Assembly (NCBI GenBank): GCA_028275775.1
Contig: JAPWTZ010000004.1
Coordinates: 1-32,000 of the forward strand
Reading direction: 5' to 3'
Source: Candidatus Nanopusillus sp.
GTDB lineage: Archaea > Nanobdellota > Nanobdellia > Nanobdellales > Nanobdellaceae
Length of the DNA stretch: 32,000 nt
The notes under the pieces were generated by a model that did not search any database, was not told the DNA's origin, and saw only the letters and a program-made list of their open reading frames with translations. Each line of letters opens with the position of its first letter. Position 1 is the stretch's first letter. Shown piece by piece: positions 1 through 7,606 of this stretch. The translations under genes and the position numbers were made by a program.

Positions 1-1
1 A

Positions 2-1372
2 GTAATAAATCCAAATGCTACTGTATATTTACAAAATTTAACATATTATCCATATATTTATAATACAAATCCTGGTGATGCAATTTATATTGGTAATATA
101 ACAAATGTTGGAGTTGGAAATCTTACAGTAAATATAAATTGGACTCTTCCAAATGATCCAAATAGTAGTTTCTTATTACAGCAACAGCAATATTCTCCAT
201 TATATATTTATTTCCCAACAAATCTATGTCCTCATGAAAATTGTACAATAAATTATAGTGTAACATATCAAAATCCATATGGATTAACAGTATATAGTCC
301 TGTAACATATTATGGATATGTAAATATAAACTGGGATACATTAAATATATATACTAATCCATCATTAACTCAAATAACATATGGACAACCTTCATATATA
401 TCATTAGCAGTACAAAATACAGGACCAGTACCTGCTGAAAATATTTCTGTACAAAATATATATTATAATTCAAATTGTATACAAATATTAAATACTGGTG
501 GTCAAATAAATTCATTAAATACAAATCAAGTAGGTTACTTAAATGTAGAAATTAATATAACAAACCCATATTGTTCTCCGCAAGATTATAATATAACATT
601 TACAATTTATGGATGGAATACATATATATATAATTATTCAATAATATTACCAATAAGTTATATAATTTCCCCACCAAATGGGGCACAATTACAATCATTA
701 ACAACATTTAATATAGTGGATGATAATGCACAAACATGTTATATAATATTTAATGGAGCGCAATTCTCTAGAAATTGTAATTCAAACTTTGTATATCAAC
801 AATATATGTGTGCAGGATCATTATGTAATACACAAATTCAATCAGTAAATAATTATGCAGAATTCTATGAAAATTATGTATACTATAATTATTTAACTAA
901 CCAATCATCAATAATGGGAATAGCAGTTGCATCAAATGTAATAAGTTTATATGTTGGACAAGAATATAAATATCCTGTCCTAATAAAGAATTTAGTACCA
1001 ACAGATATTCAATGTTCTCTAGTTCCAACTCCATCAACTACAAATGATAAAGCAATTGTTACAAATTATAGTATAAATGGAATAAGTAGTAATGAATTTA
1101 CTATAAGTCCTTATGGATCTGCAGAATTGGATATAAATATTTTAGGAGCTTCTAGTGGTATAAGTAGTTTATTATATGGTGTAATATGTAATTCTACATA
1201 TGGTTCTTCATCATTTAGTACTCAGGTTACAGTATATGTATTAGGACCAAATAATGTAATAGCAAACTATACCCAATCTCAATTAATAGTATCTGAGAAA
1301 ATATCTCCAATAAATTTAATTGGAATTGGAGGTTTAATAGTAGGATTACTTGCTTTGTTTAATATAATCTAA
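2..1372 (+). CDS. C-terminal ~456 aa of a large secreted or cell-surface protein; the 5' end lies outside the window. Beta-rich, Asn/Tyr/Thr-rich, many N-x-S/T sequons, single C-terminal TM anchor. S-layer or adhesin-like.
   Basis: Frame 2 is open from position 2 to the TAA at 1370-1372. I translated 2..715 by hand (VINPNATVYLQNLTYYPYIYNTNPGD...) and found no stop, so the GTG at 716 in the ORF track is not the true start. The C-terminus PINLIGIGGLIVGLLALFNII is a hydrophobic anchor. No family-specific motif recognised. Confidence 0.75.
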   Translation, partial: VINPNATVYLQNLTYYPYIYNTNPGDAIYIGNITNVGVGNLTVNINWTLPNDPNSSFLLQQQQYSPLYIYFPTNLCPHENCTINYSVTYQNPYGLTVYSPVTYYGYVNINWDTLNIYTNPSLTQITYGQPSYISLAVQNTGPVPAENISVQNIYYNSNCIQILNTGGQINSLNTNQVGYLNVEINITNPYCSPQDYNITFTIYGWNTYIYNYSIILPISYIISPPNGAQLQSLTTFNIVDDNAQTCYIIFNGAQFSRNCNSNFVYQQYMCAGSLCNTQIQSVNNYAEFYENYVYYNYLTNQSSIMGIAVASNVISLYVGQEYKYPVLIKNLVPTDIQCSLVPTPSTTNDKAIVTNYSINGISSNEFTISPYGSAELDINILGASSGISSLLYGVICNSTYGSSSFSTQVTVYVLGPNNVIANYTQSQLIVSEKISPINLIGIGGLIVGLLALFNII

Positions 1373-1657
1373 TTTTTTTAATCTTTTTCTTATTTCTAAT
1401 ATTGCATCATGAATTGCAGCACCTAAAAATAATGTTGTTAATATATATAATTCATATAAATATGTAATCATTCCAATTATTGCTGGTATTATCCCAAATA
1501 TTGATAAATATACATGATGAATTTTTGCTCTATATTCCTTTGTCCTTGTTTTAATTTCAATAAAGAATTCTGGTGAAAATTTCTTAATTATATAATCTGC
1601 TGAAAAATATCCTATTAGGAATGATAAACCATAAGTCATTATAGTAATATCATTCAT
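1346..1657 (-). CDS. Small integral membrane protein, unknown function
   Basis: 103-aa ORF with hydrophobic segments (GLSFLIGYF, VYLSIFGIIPAIIGMITYLYELYILTTLFLGAAI) and a basic C-terminal tail. It has a 27-nt convergent overlap with the surface-protein gene. No family recognised. Confidence 0.5.
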   Translation of the reverse strand: MNDITIMTYGLSFLIGYFSADYIIKKFSPEFFIEIKTRTKEYRAKIHHVYLSIFGIIPAIIGMITYLYELYILTTLFLGAAIHDAILEIRKRLKKLDYIKQSK

Positions 1658-1711
1658 TTTATAATATTGTTATTCATTATTTTAAAAAATTATATCATAT
1701 AAATTATTTAC

Positions 1712-1996
1712 ATGGAACTAAAAATAATAAGTAGAGAAAATAATCAATTATTAAATAGGGAAGAAATTATTGTTTTAATAGATCATAAAAATGAACCAAC
1801 ACCAAAGAGAGATGATATAAGGGAAAAAGTTTCTGCAATGATTGGAAAGGACAAAAATTTAATTGTAGTAGAAAAAATATTGACAGAATTTGGAAAACAA
1901 AGATCAAAAGCATTTATAAATGTATATCAGAATGAAGAAGATATGAAAAAATTAGAGCCAAAACATATATTAAAAAGGAATAAAATTATACAATGA
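1712..1996 (+). CDS. rps24e: 30S ribosomal protein S24e
   Basis: MELKIISRENNQLLNREEI...HKNEPTPKRDDIREKV...EPKHILKRN matches the archaeal S24e pattern. It is followed with a 4-nt overlap by S27ae, the conserved archaeal pairing. Confidence 0.9.
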   Translation: MELKIISRENNQLLNREEIIVLIDHKNEPTPKRDDIREKVSAMIGKDKNLIVVEKILTEFGKQRSKAFINVYQNEEDMKKLEPKHILKRNKIIQ

Positions 1997-2196
1997 GCGA
2001 AAAGAAAGATTTGAAAATATTAAGATTATATAAGGTTGAGGGTAATAAAGTAACTAGATTAAAAAAGATATGTCCAAAATGTGGAAGATTTATGGCAGAA
2101 CATGAAGATAGATACCATTGTGGATATTGTGGATATACAGAATTTAAGCAAAATATAGAAAAGAAATATATAAAAGAAATTGGAATACAAATATAA
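1993..2196 (+). CDS. rps27ae: 30S ribosomal protein S27ae (zinc ribbon)
   Basis: 67 aa with a C4 zinc ribbon (CPKCG ... CGYCG), in the conserved position after rps24e. Confidence 0.9.
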   Translation: MSEKKDLKILRLYKVEGNKVTRLKKICPKCGRFMAEHEDRYHCGYCGYTEFKQNIEKKYIKEIGIQI

Positions 2197-2500
2197 TATA
2201 AAATATTTTGGTCCTATTAGATCTTTTATTGGTTTAATGTTTCAGTTACCAAAAAAGAATACAATATATATTTTAGATTTAAAAAAAGATGTTGAAGATG
2301 GATTTGTTCATACATTTTTTTGTCTAAAACCGTTAGATATTTATTTATATAATTCAAATTTTGAATTGATTCAATATTATAAAAAATTAAAACCATTTAA
2401 AATTTTAATTCCAAAGAAAAAATTTAGGTATATAATTGAAGGTTTAGATATAAATGAAGATATGTTAAAATATTCGATAGAATATTTAAAATCACTGTAA
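2180..2500 (+). CDS. DUF192 (COG1430)-like small protein
   Basis: FIGLMFQ ... VHTFFCLKPLDIYLYNSNFELI resembles the DUF192 signature (GLM(F/G)R ... HMFFMxFPIDVVFLD). The predicted start is TTG at 2180, overlapping rps27ae by 17 nt, so the start is uncertain. Confidence 0.5.
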   Translation: MEYKYNIKYFGPIRSFIGLMFQLPKKNTIYILDLKKDVEDGFVHTFFCLKPLDIYLYNSNFELIQYYKKLKPFKILIPKKKFRYIIEGLDINEDMLKYSIEYLKSL

Positions 2501-2872
2501 ATTATTAGTTAGTATTTCTATCTCTATAAATAATTTATCAATCATACTTCTTACTTCTTTTATTCCATTATTTATTTGTCCAATAATTTCTGTTTTTATA
2601 TTTGGTGTTATATATGGATTTCCGCTTATTTCTTTATAATATAATGCTATATAATCTTTTATACTCTCTAAAATACTTATTAATAATTTCATTGAATTTA
2701 TTAAATTATTAATTTCTTGTACTTGATAGTTATATAAATAGTAATAATTTCCACTAATATTCTTTTCATATTCATTTAAACTTTGTAATTGCAAAATATT
2801 ATTATTTATTTGTGATAATAAATTTCTTATTTGAGCTAATAATTGATTTTCTAAATCTTGTATATTATCCAT
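2492..2872 (-). CDS. Hypothetical coiled-coil protein
   Basis: 126-aa ORF rich in heptad-like Leu/Ile/Asn/Gln repeats at both ends (DLENQLLAQIRNLLSQINNNILQLQSL; IKEVRSMIDKLFIEIEILTNNLQ). No diagnostic motif. Confidence 0.5.
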   Translation of the reverse strand: MDNIQDLENQLLAQIRNLLSQINNNILQLQSLNEYEKNISGNYYYLYNYQVQEINNLINSMKLLISILESIKDYIALYYKEISGNPYITPNIKTEIIGQINNGIKEVRSMIDKLFIEIEILTNNLQ

Positions 2873-2905
2873 AAATAATTAATATTTTAACTATTTTATA
2901 TTTTT

Positions 2906-2956
2906 TCAGGGAGGAGGTGTATTCATCATTTATTCAGTCGCGCGCAACATCATCAT
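2906..2956 (-). ncRNA. C/D box sRNA (2'-O-methylation guide)
   Basis: Minus strand reads ATGATGA (C, 2956-2950), TGTTGCGCGCGA (12-nt guide), CTGA (D', 2937-2934), ATAA, ATGATGA (C', 2929-2923), ATACACCTCCTCC (13-nt guide), CTGA (D, 2909-2906). This is the canonical archaeal box order and spacing. It lies in a local GC-rich island in AT-rich DNA. The 5' flank TTAT can partly pair with the 3' flank AAAA/ATAA. Confidence 0.8.
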
Positions 2957-3567
2957 ATAAATTTTAATATTCCTTCCTTTTTATCCTTATTTAATATTTC
3001 TTTTATTGTTTTAAAATCTTGATCAAAATATTCTCTCCATTCTTTATGATATAATGTAGATGCTGGATGCAATGTTGGTATTATTGTAACATTTTTTCCC
3101 CATTTATTTACTCTAAATATTTTTCCTCTTAATTTTGTTATTGAAGAAAATTTTAATTTAAAATAATCGAAAATCCATTTTGTTGAATAATGACCTAAAG
3201 TTACTATTATATCCGGTTGAATTATTTCTAATTGCTTTTCTAACCAAATAGAACATGCTTTTATTTCTTCTTCTTCAGGTTCTCTATTTTCTGGAGGTCT
3301 GCATTTAATAACATTAGTTATATATACATCTTTTCTATCCATATTCAATATATTTTTTATATTTTCAGTTAATACTTGTCCAGCTTTTCCAACAAAAGGT
3401 TTTCCTTGTTTATCCTCTTCTCTACCAGGTGCTTCTCCTATAAATAATATTTTTGAATTTGGATTACCATCTCCTGGAACATAATTTGTTTTAAATTTAT
3501 ATAAAGGACACCTAGTACATTTTAATATTTGATTATTTAATTCTTCAATCATCTTTTCTTTATCCAT
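2953..3567 (-). CDS. udg: Uracil-DNA glycosylase, family 4 (thermophile-type, Fe-S cluster)
   Basis: CTRCPL ... VPGDGNPNSKILFIGEAPGREEDKQGKPFVGKAGQVL ... ITNVIKCRPPENR ... HPA are the family-4 UDG motifs (GEAPG, FVG-x-AG, Cys ligands). Confidence 0.92.
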   Translation of the reverse strand: MDKEKMIEELNNQILKCTRCPLYKFKTNYVPGDGNPNSKILFIGEAPGREEDKQGKPFVGKAGQVLTENIKNILNMDRKDVYITNVIKCRPPENREPEEEEIKACSIWLEKQLEIIQPDIIVTLGHYSTKWIFDYFKLKFSSITKLRGKIFRVNKWGKNVTIIPTLHPASTLYHKEWREYFDQDFKTIKEILNKDKKEGILKFI

Positions 3568-3600
3568 TAAAAATATAAGTATGATAATTATTTTAGTTTA

Positions 3601-4437
3601 ATGTTTGCACATGCTCAGGGTGAATATGATAAATCAAAATGGATAATAGTAGGAATCCCATCTGAAATTGGTAGTTTATCTCATATAAAAAATTATATTG
3701 AGGGACCTGGATCAATTAGAGATGCATCATATAGAATATTTTCTCCAATATTTGGGGATATAAATATGGAAGAAATATATGATTATGGTGATATAGATTT
3801 AGAAGATATAAAAGATCTAGATAAATTATATGAAAAAATATATAATGAAATTAAAAAAATATATAGGAAAGATAAAAAATATATATTTTTGGGAGGAGAT
3901 CATTCAATAACATATCCAATATTAAAAATTGTTAAAGAAAATTGGGAAGATTTTTATTTATTATATTTTGATGCACATCCAGATATTCATCCAGATCCTT
4001 ATCCAAATTATCAAAGTTTTATTTATCATTTAATAAAAGAAAATTATATCGAACCTGAAAAAATTATTTTTGTTGGTATATCTAATCTATCATTTGAAGA
4101 AAAGAATATAATAAAAGAATGGGGGATAAAATATTATGATCCTTTATATATTTGGGATAATATAAAAGAAATATCGAGAGAAATATCAAATATATTAGAA
4201 AATAAAAATGTATATATTTCAATTGATATAGATGTATTTGATACAGGATGTGGACATTGGTTGGAAGGTATTGGAATTAGACCATATCATTATTTTAAGA
4301 TTATAAAGGAATTAAGGAATGTTAATTTAATTGGTTTTGATTTAGTAGAATTATTTTCAAATGAAGTATGTGATAATTTAGCTGCAAAAATTGTTATTGA
4401 ATCAATAGCAATTTTTAATAAATTTATGCAATCTTAA
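3601..4437 (+). CDS. speB: Ureohydrolase family protein, probable agmatinase
   Basis: Arginase-family metal-binding motifs are present: GGDHSITYP, FDAHPDIH, SIDIDVFD, GFDLVE. The segment after DIDVFD (TGCGHWLEG) departs from the usual DPAFAPG. Confidence 0.8.
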   Translation: MFAHAQGEYDKSKWIIVGIPSEIGSLSHIKNYIEGPGSIRDASYRIFSPIFGDINMEEIYDYGDIDLEDIKDLDKLYEKIYNEIKKIYRKDKKYIFLGGDHSITYPILKIVKENWEDFYLLYFDAHPDIHPDPYPNYQSFIYHLIKENYIEPEKIIFVGISNLSFEEKNIIKEWGIKYYDPLYIWDNIKEISREISNILENKNVYISIDIDVFDTGCGHWLEGIGIRPYHYFKIIKELRNVNLIGFDLVELFSNEVCDNLAAKIVIESIAIFNKFMQS

Positions 4438-5071
4438 AATATGTTTGATTAATTCTTTCTAAATATACTGTTACAAATTGATAAAATGTAATATTATTTA
4501 TTGAATAGCATGGTATATAATTGCATATAATATTTCCATTTGTATTTTCTGTACATGTAATATTTCCAGATAAATTTGTTGGAAATAGAAATACAAATGT
4601 TTGATTTGAAGTACTTTCGTTACTCAAACAAAAATAATATAAAAAATAGTAAAAATCTGAATAATAATTTTTACATATGGTTAATTTAATATAATCTAAT
4701 GAATAAGCTATAGAAATTGGATATACATATGTATTGCAATTTCCATTAAAATTTATTATTCCAAAACTATAATTATTTATTTCTGCTCTAAATGCATAAG
4801 GAAATATTGTACAATTTGGAAGTTCATTATAATATGTTTGGTTAAACTGTTCTATTTTTTCTAATGTTGTAAAATATACTGGATAATTTGGATATCCTAA
4901 ACAATTTGGAGAAAATAAATCATATATTATATCCTGTTCATATGAAAAAGATGTTTGTTCTTTATAATTTGTTAAATTTATATTAGAAAATATAGCTAAT
5001 AAAATTATCATTCCAACTAAAAATAATACAATTAATATTGTTATAAATACTATAGATAATTGTTCCTTCAT
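4424..5071 (-). CDS. N-terminally anchored, Cys-rich extracellular protein; last gene of the surface cluster
   Basis: 215 aa. N-terminus is MKEQ plus a hydrophobic helix (LSIVFITILIVLFLVGMIILLAIF). The rest is Asn/Tyr/Cys-rich with N-x-S/T sequons. It lies 7 nt downstream of the preceding cluster gene. Confidence 0.65.
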   Translation of the reverse strand: MKEQLSIVFITILIVLFLVGMIILLAIFSNINLTNYKEQTSFSYEQDIIYDLFSPNCLGYPNYPVYFTTLEKIEQFNQTYYNELPNCTIFPYAFRAEINNYSFGIINFNGNCNTYVYPISIAYSLDYIKLTICKNYYSDFYYFLYYFCLSNESTSNQTFVFLFPTNLSGNITCTENTNGNIICNYIPCYSINNITFYQFVTVYLERINQTYFKIA

Positions 5072-5078
5072 TTATTTT

Positions 5079-6398
5079 TTATCTAATATGTATGTTTTTT
5101 CCACCTCCTCCACCTCCACCGCCAGATCCACCCCCACCATTTTGTCCACATGAAGATTGACCAGATGGTTGCGGTACACATTGATCTGGGAAGGGTATAG
5201 TTTGTGGACATGTTGGATTATTTGGACATGCACCAGGTAAACATACAGGACATGGAGCAGAACCAATTATGCAAATATAGCATTCAATTGGTATTGAATA
5301 ATAATATGGAAATGTATATGTTATTTCACAATCTTGTTGATTTGTATTTACATTACCACAACCGTTAAGGGGTGTACATGAATATTGTTGACTTTCTAAT
5401 GTACAACTTTTAGATATTACTTGATTGTTTGTTAAATTATATGTTTCAGTACATTTATATATGCAATTTAGATAATATTGATTTGTTACATTTTCATAAA
5501 AAACTATAGAAGTAATTATTATTGTTTGTGGATATGTATTGCCATTATAATATACATTATATTGGTTATCAGAGCATCTTAATATTACCCTGCATGCAAT
5601 TTCCCAAGGATATAAACATGCTTTACATAAAGGAATATCTATACATTGATATGGAATTATTGTTTCATTACATTCAATATAAGGATTATTTGAAAATTGC
5701 TCAAAGGCTTGCACACAATTATTAGTTGTAACATGATTATATATTTCATTATAACAATCTTGGAAAGAACATTCTGAAAATTCTCCACTTTGAGAAAATT
5801 GATATGCTAAATTGTATAAATAAAATGCAGGATTGTTTGTTATATTCGATGTAGTTGCATATGGAATTATTGAACCAGAAGAAGGACCTGTAATATTTAT
5901 ATATAATCCTTGAACATAAATTGGAAAATTATAATTATATTCTCCAGAAGTTATATTACTGCAATCTCCAATAATTCCTGCTTGATAATTATTTGAAAAA
6001 TTGAAAGATATATTATAAGGATAGTAATATTTATATGTAGTTAAATATTGATCCCCATAAGTTAATAAAGTTTCATATCCAGAAGATAATAAATTATTAT
6101 AATATTGAAGCGCATTTTGACATGGTTGAGGTAATATACATCCTGGAGGAAAAGAAGCCCATTCCTCTTTTCCCCATCCATTTGTTCCAGCTATATAGGA
6201 TTCTGAATAACCTGTTTGTGCTAATAATGTTTGTAAATATCCTAAAAAATAATTTGATAATGTAGATAAAGAGGTAAATCTATTAAAAACAATATTTTGA
6301 TTGTAATTATATGTTAATGCATAAAAAGATAGAAGGATTATTAATATTGCAATTGTTAAAAATAAAACTACATAAATAACTTCTACCTGATTTTTCAT
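5079..6398 (-). CDS. N-terminally anchored, highly Cys-rich extracellular protein with a Gly-rich C-terminal tail
   Basis: 439 aa. N-terminus is MKNQ plus a hydrophobic helix. My hand count gives about 26 Cys, concentrated in the C-terminal half (CPVCLPGACPNNPTCPQ...). The tail is GQNGGGGSGGGGGGGGKNIHIR (nt 5100-5138). 4-nt overlap with the upstream gene. Confidence 0.75.
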   Translation of the reverse strand: MKNQVEVIYVVLFLTIAILIILLSFYALTYNYNQNIVFNRFTSLSTLSNYFLGYLQTLLAQTGYSESYIAGTNGWGKEEWASFPPGCILPQPCQNALQYYNNLLSSGYETLLTYGDQYLTTYKYYYPYNISFNFSNNYQAGIIGDCSNITSGEYNYNFPIYVQGLYINITGPSSGSIIPYATTSNITNNPAFYLYNLAYQFSQSGEFSECSFQDCYNEIYNHVTTNNCVQAFEQFSNNPYIECNETIIPYQCIDIPLCKACLYPWEIACRVILRCSDNQYNVYYNGNTYPQTIIITSIVFYENVTNQYYLNCIYKCTETYNLTNNQVISKSCTLESQQYSCTPLNGCGNVNTNQQDCEITYTFPYYYSIPIECYICIIGSAPCPVCLPGACPNNPTCPQTIPFPDQCVPQPSGQSSCGQNGGGGSGGGGGGGGKNIHIR

Positions 6399-7606
6399 AT
6401 TTTTAATTTAACATGTAGATATATAAATGTTAATATAAGAATAGGTGTTACTAGTCCATGTATAATTCCAAGTGCTATTAATATATTTGGTATAGATATT
6501 AAATGTATACTACTTGGTCCTCCAAATAATACTGATTCGAGGAATTCTCCAGTTATATTTTGTAATAAGATTAAAATACCAATGGAAATACCTAAAGCTT
6601 TTGTTATTACCTTTTTGCTGTTTCTAAATATTTTATAATGTATACCCATAAAGAAAAATAATAAAGCAATTAAATATCTAGTATGTAATGCTGCAGAAGT
6701 AAAATCTGTATATAATAGATATAGTTCTCCAAAAAATATTATTAAGACCATTGTTATAAGCAAAAAATAGTTTGTTGGTATATTATATTTTAAATTTCTA
6801 TAAACTAAAATATAAATAATGATTTCATATATTGATAAAAGTATTAAGGATTCATATATATATAAATAATATTTTCCAATTAAACTACTTATAACTAAGT
6901 TTCTATATATTAATAATTGATTTAATGAAATAAAGATTTGGATTATTATAATAGAAAATATTAATAGAAAAATGTATTTTTTATATTTATAAATTTCAGA
7001 AATAATTCTAAATATTTTTGTTTTTGATAATAATATTTCATTTCCATTAAAGTACATAACTAAGAATAAGAAAATTGCAAAAACAATAAATAATAAGGTA
7101 TATATTATTTCAAAGGTATAAAGATGTAAATATGAGTAATTAATGAGCAAAGATATTATATAGTTCATTTTTACATCAAGATCTGTAGTTGCAGAATTAT
7201 AAATAAGTTCTAGGAAAAATTGTATTATAAATAATATTATTGAGATTATATAAAATATTGATGATTTCTTTGAAATATATAAATTGTTTTCAAATAGATA
7301 ATATCCCATAGAAAATGCTATAAAATAAAATATCCAATAATTTACTATATAAGTAAATATTGATGGAAATGGAAAAGGTAAAGGCAAATTGGTGTAAATT
7401 CCAAAGATTCCAATTGGTATATATAATGGAAATATTAATTTATATATTAAAGATGTATTCTTTGAATTTTTTAATATAAAAGATAATAAGAACAAATATA
7501 CTGTACCGAAAATAATTATATTAATATTAAAGTTGCTAATATAAGTAAAAAGTAAAAACAATATTAAATATATAAAAAATAAAATTTTATCTTCTTTTTT
7601 TACCAT
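6395..7606 (-). CDS. Polytopic integral membrane protein (about 10-12 TM), unknown family
   Basis: 403 aa, almost entirely hydrophobic segments separated by short polar loops. No GxGD (prepilin peptidase), WWDYG (AglB) or Walker motifs seen. It overlaps both neighbours (7 nt and 4 nt). Confidence 0.7.
   Translation of the reverse strand: MVKKEDKILFFIYLILFLLFTYISNFNINIIIFGTVYLFLLSFILKNSKNTSLIYKLIFPLYIPIGIFGIYTNLPLPFPFPSIFTYIVNYWIFYFIAFSMGYYLFENNLYISKKSSIFYIISIILFIIQFFLELIYNSATTDLDVKMNYIISLLINYSYLHLYTFEIIYTLLFIVFAIFLFLVMYFNGNEILLSKTKIFRIISEIYKYKKYIFLLIFSIIIIQIFISLNQLLIYRNLVISSLIGKYYLYIYESLILLSIYEIIIYILVYRNLKYNIPTNYFLLITMVLIIFFGELYLLYTDFTSAALHTRYLIALLFFFMGIHYKIFRNSKKVITKALGISIGILILLQNITGEFLESVLFGGPSSIHLISIPNILIALGIIHGLVTPILILTFIYLHVKLKI

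Noticed and set aside
123-341. 72-aa minus-strand ORF
   Set aside because: It lies entirely antisense within the surface-protein frame, has low-complexity composition and no start context. It is a typical shadow ORF in AT-rich DNA.
716-1372. The ORF-track call of a 218-aa protein starting at GTG 716
   Set aside because: The same frame is open back to position 2 and encodes similar Asn/Tyr-rich surface-protein sequence. This is the tail of a larger gene, not an independent ORF.
2492-2872. Possible prefoldin beta subunit (two coiled coils around a central segment)
   Set aside because: Only the generic coiled-coil layout matches. The central beta-hairpin motif of prefoldin is not recognisable, and composition bias explains the heptads.
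2910-2920. A strong Shine-Dalgarno-like GGGAGGAGGTG on the plus strand, suggesting a hidden plus-strand gene
   Set aside because: No ATG and no usable ORF follows: the GTG-initiated frame stops after about 16 codons. The sequence is explained as the reverse complement of the C/D sRNA guide on the minus strand.
5072-5266. 64-aa minus-strand ORF overlapping the end of the 439-aa gene
   Set aside because: It is in a different frame of the same strand, inside the Gly/Cys/Pro-rich GC-rich tail of a much longer, better supported ORF. It is an artefact of the stop-poor GC patch.
5522-5725. 67-aa plus-strand ORF
   Set aside because: Antisense to the 439-aa Cys-rich gene, with no independent support.
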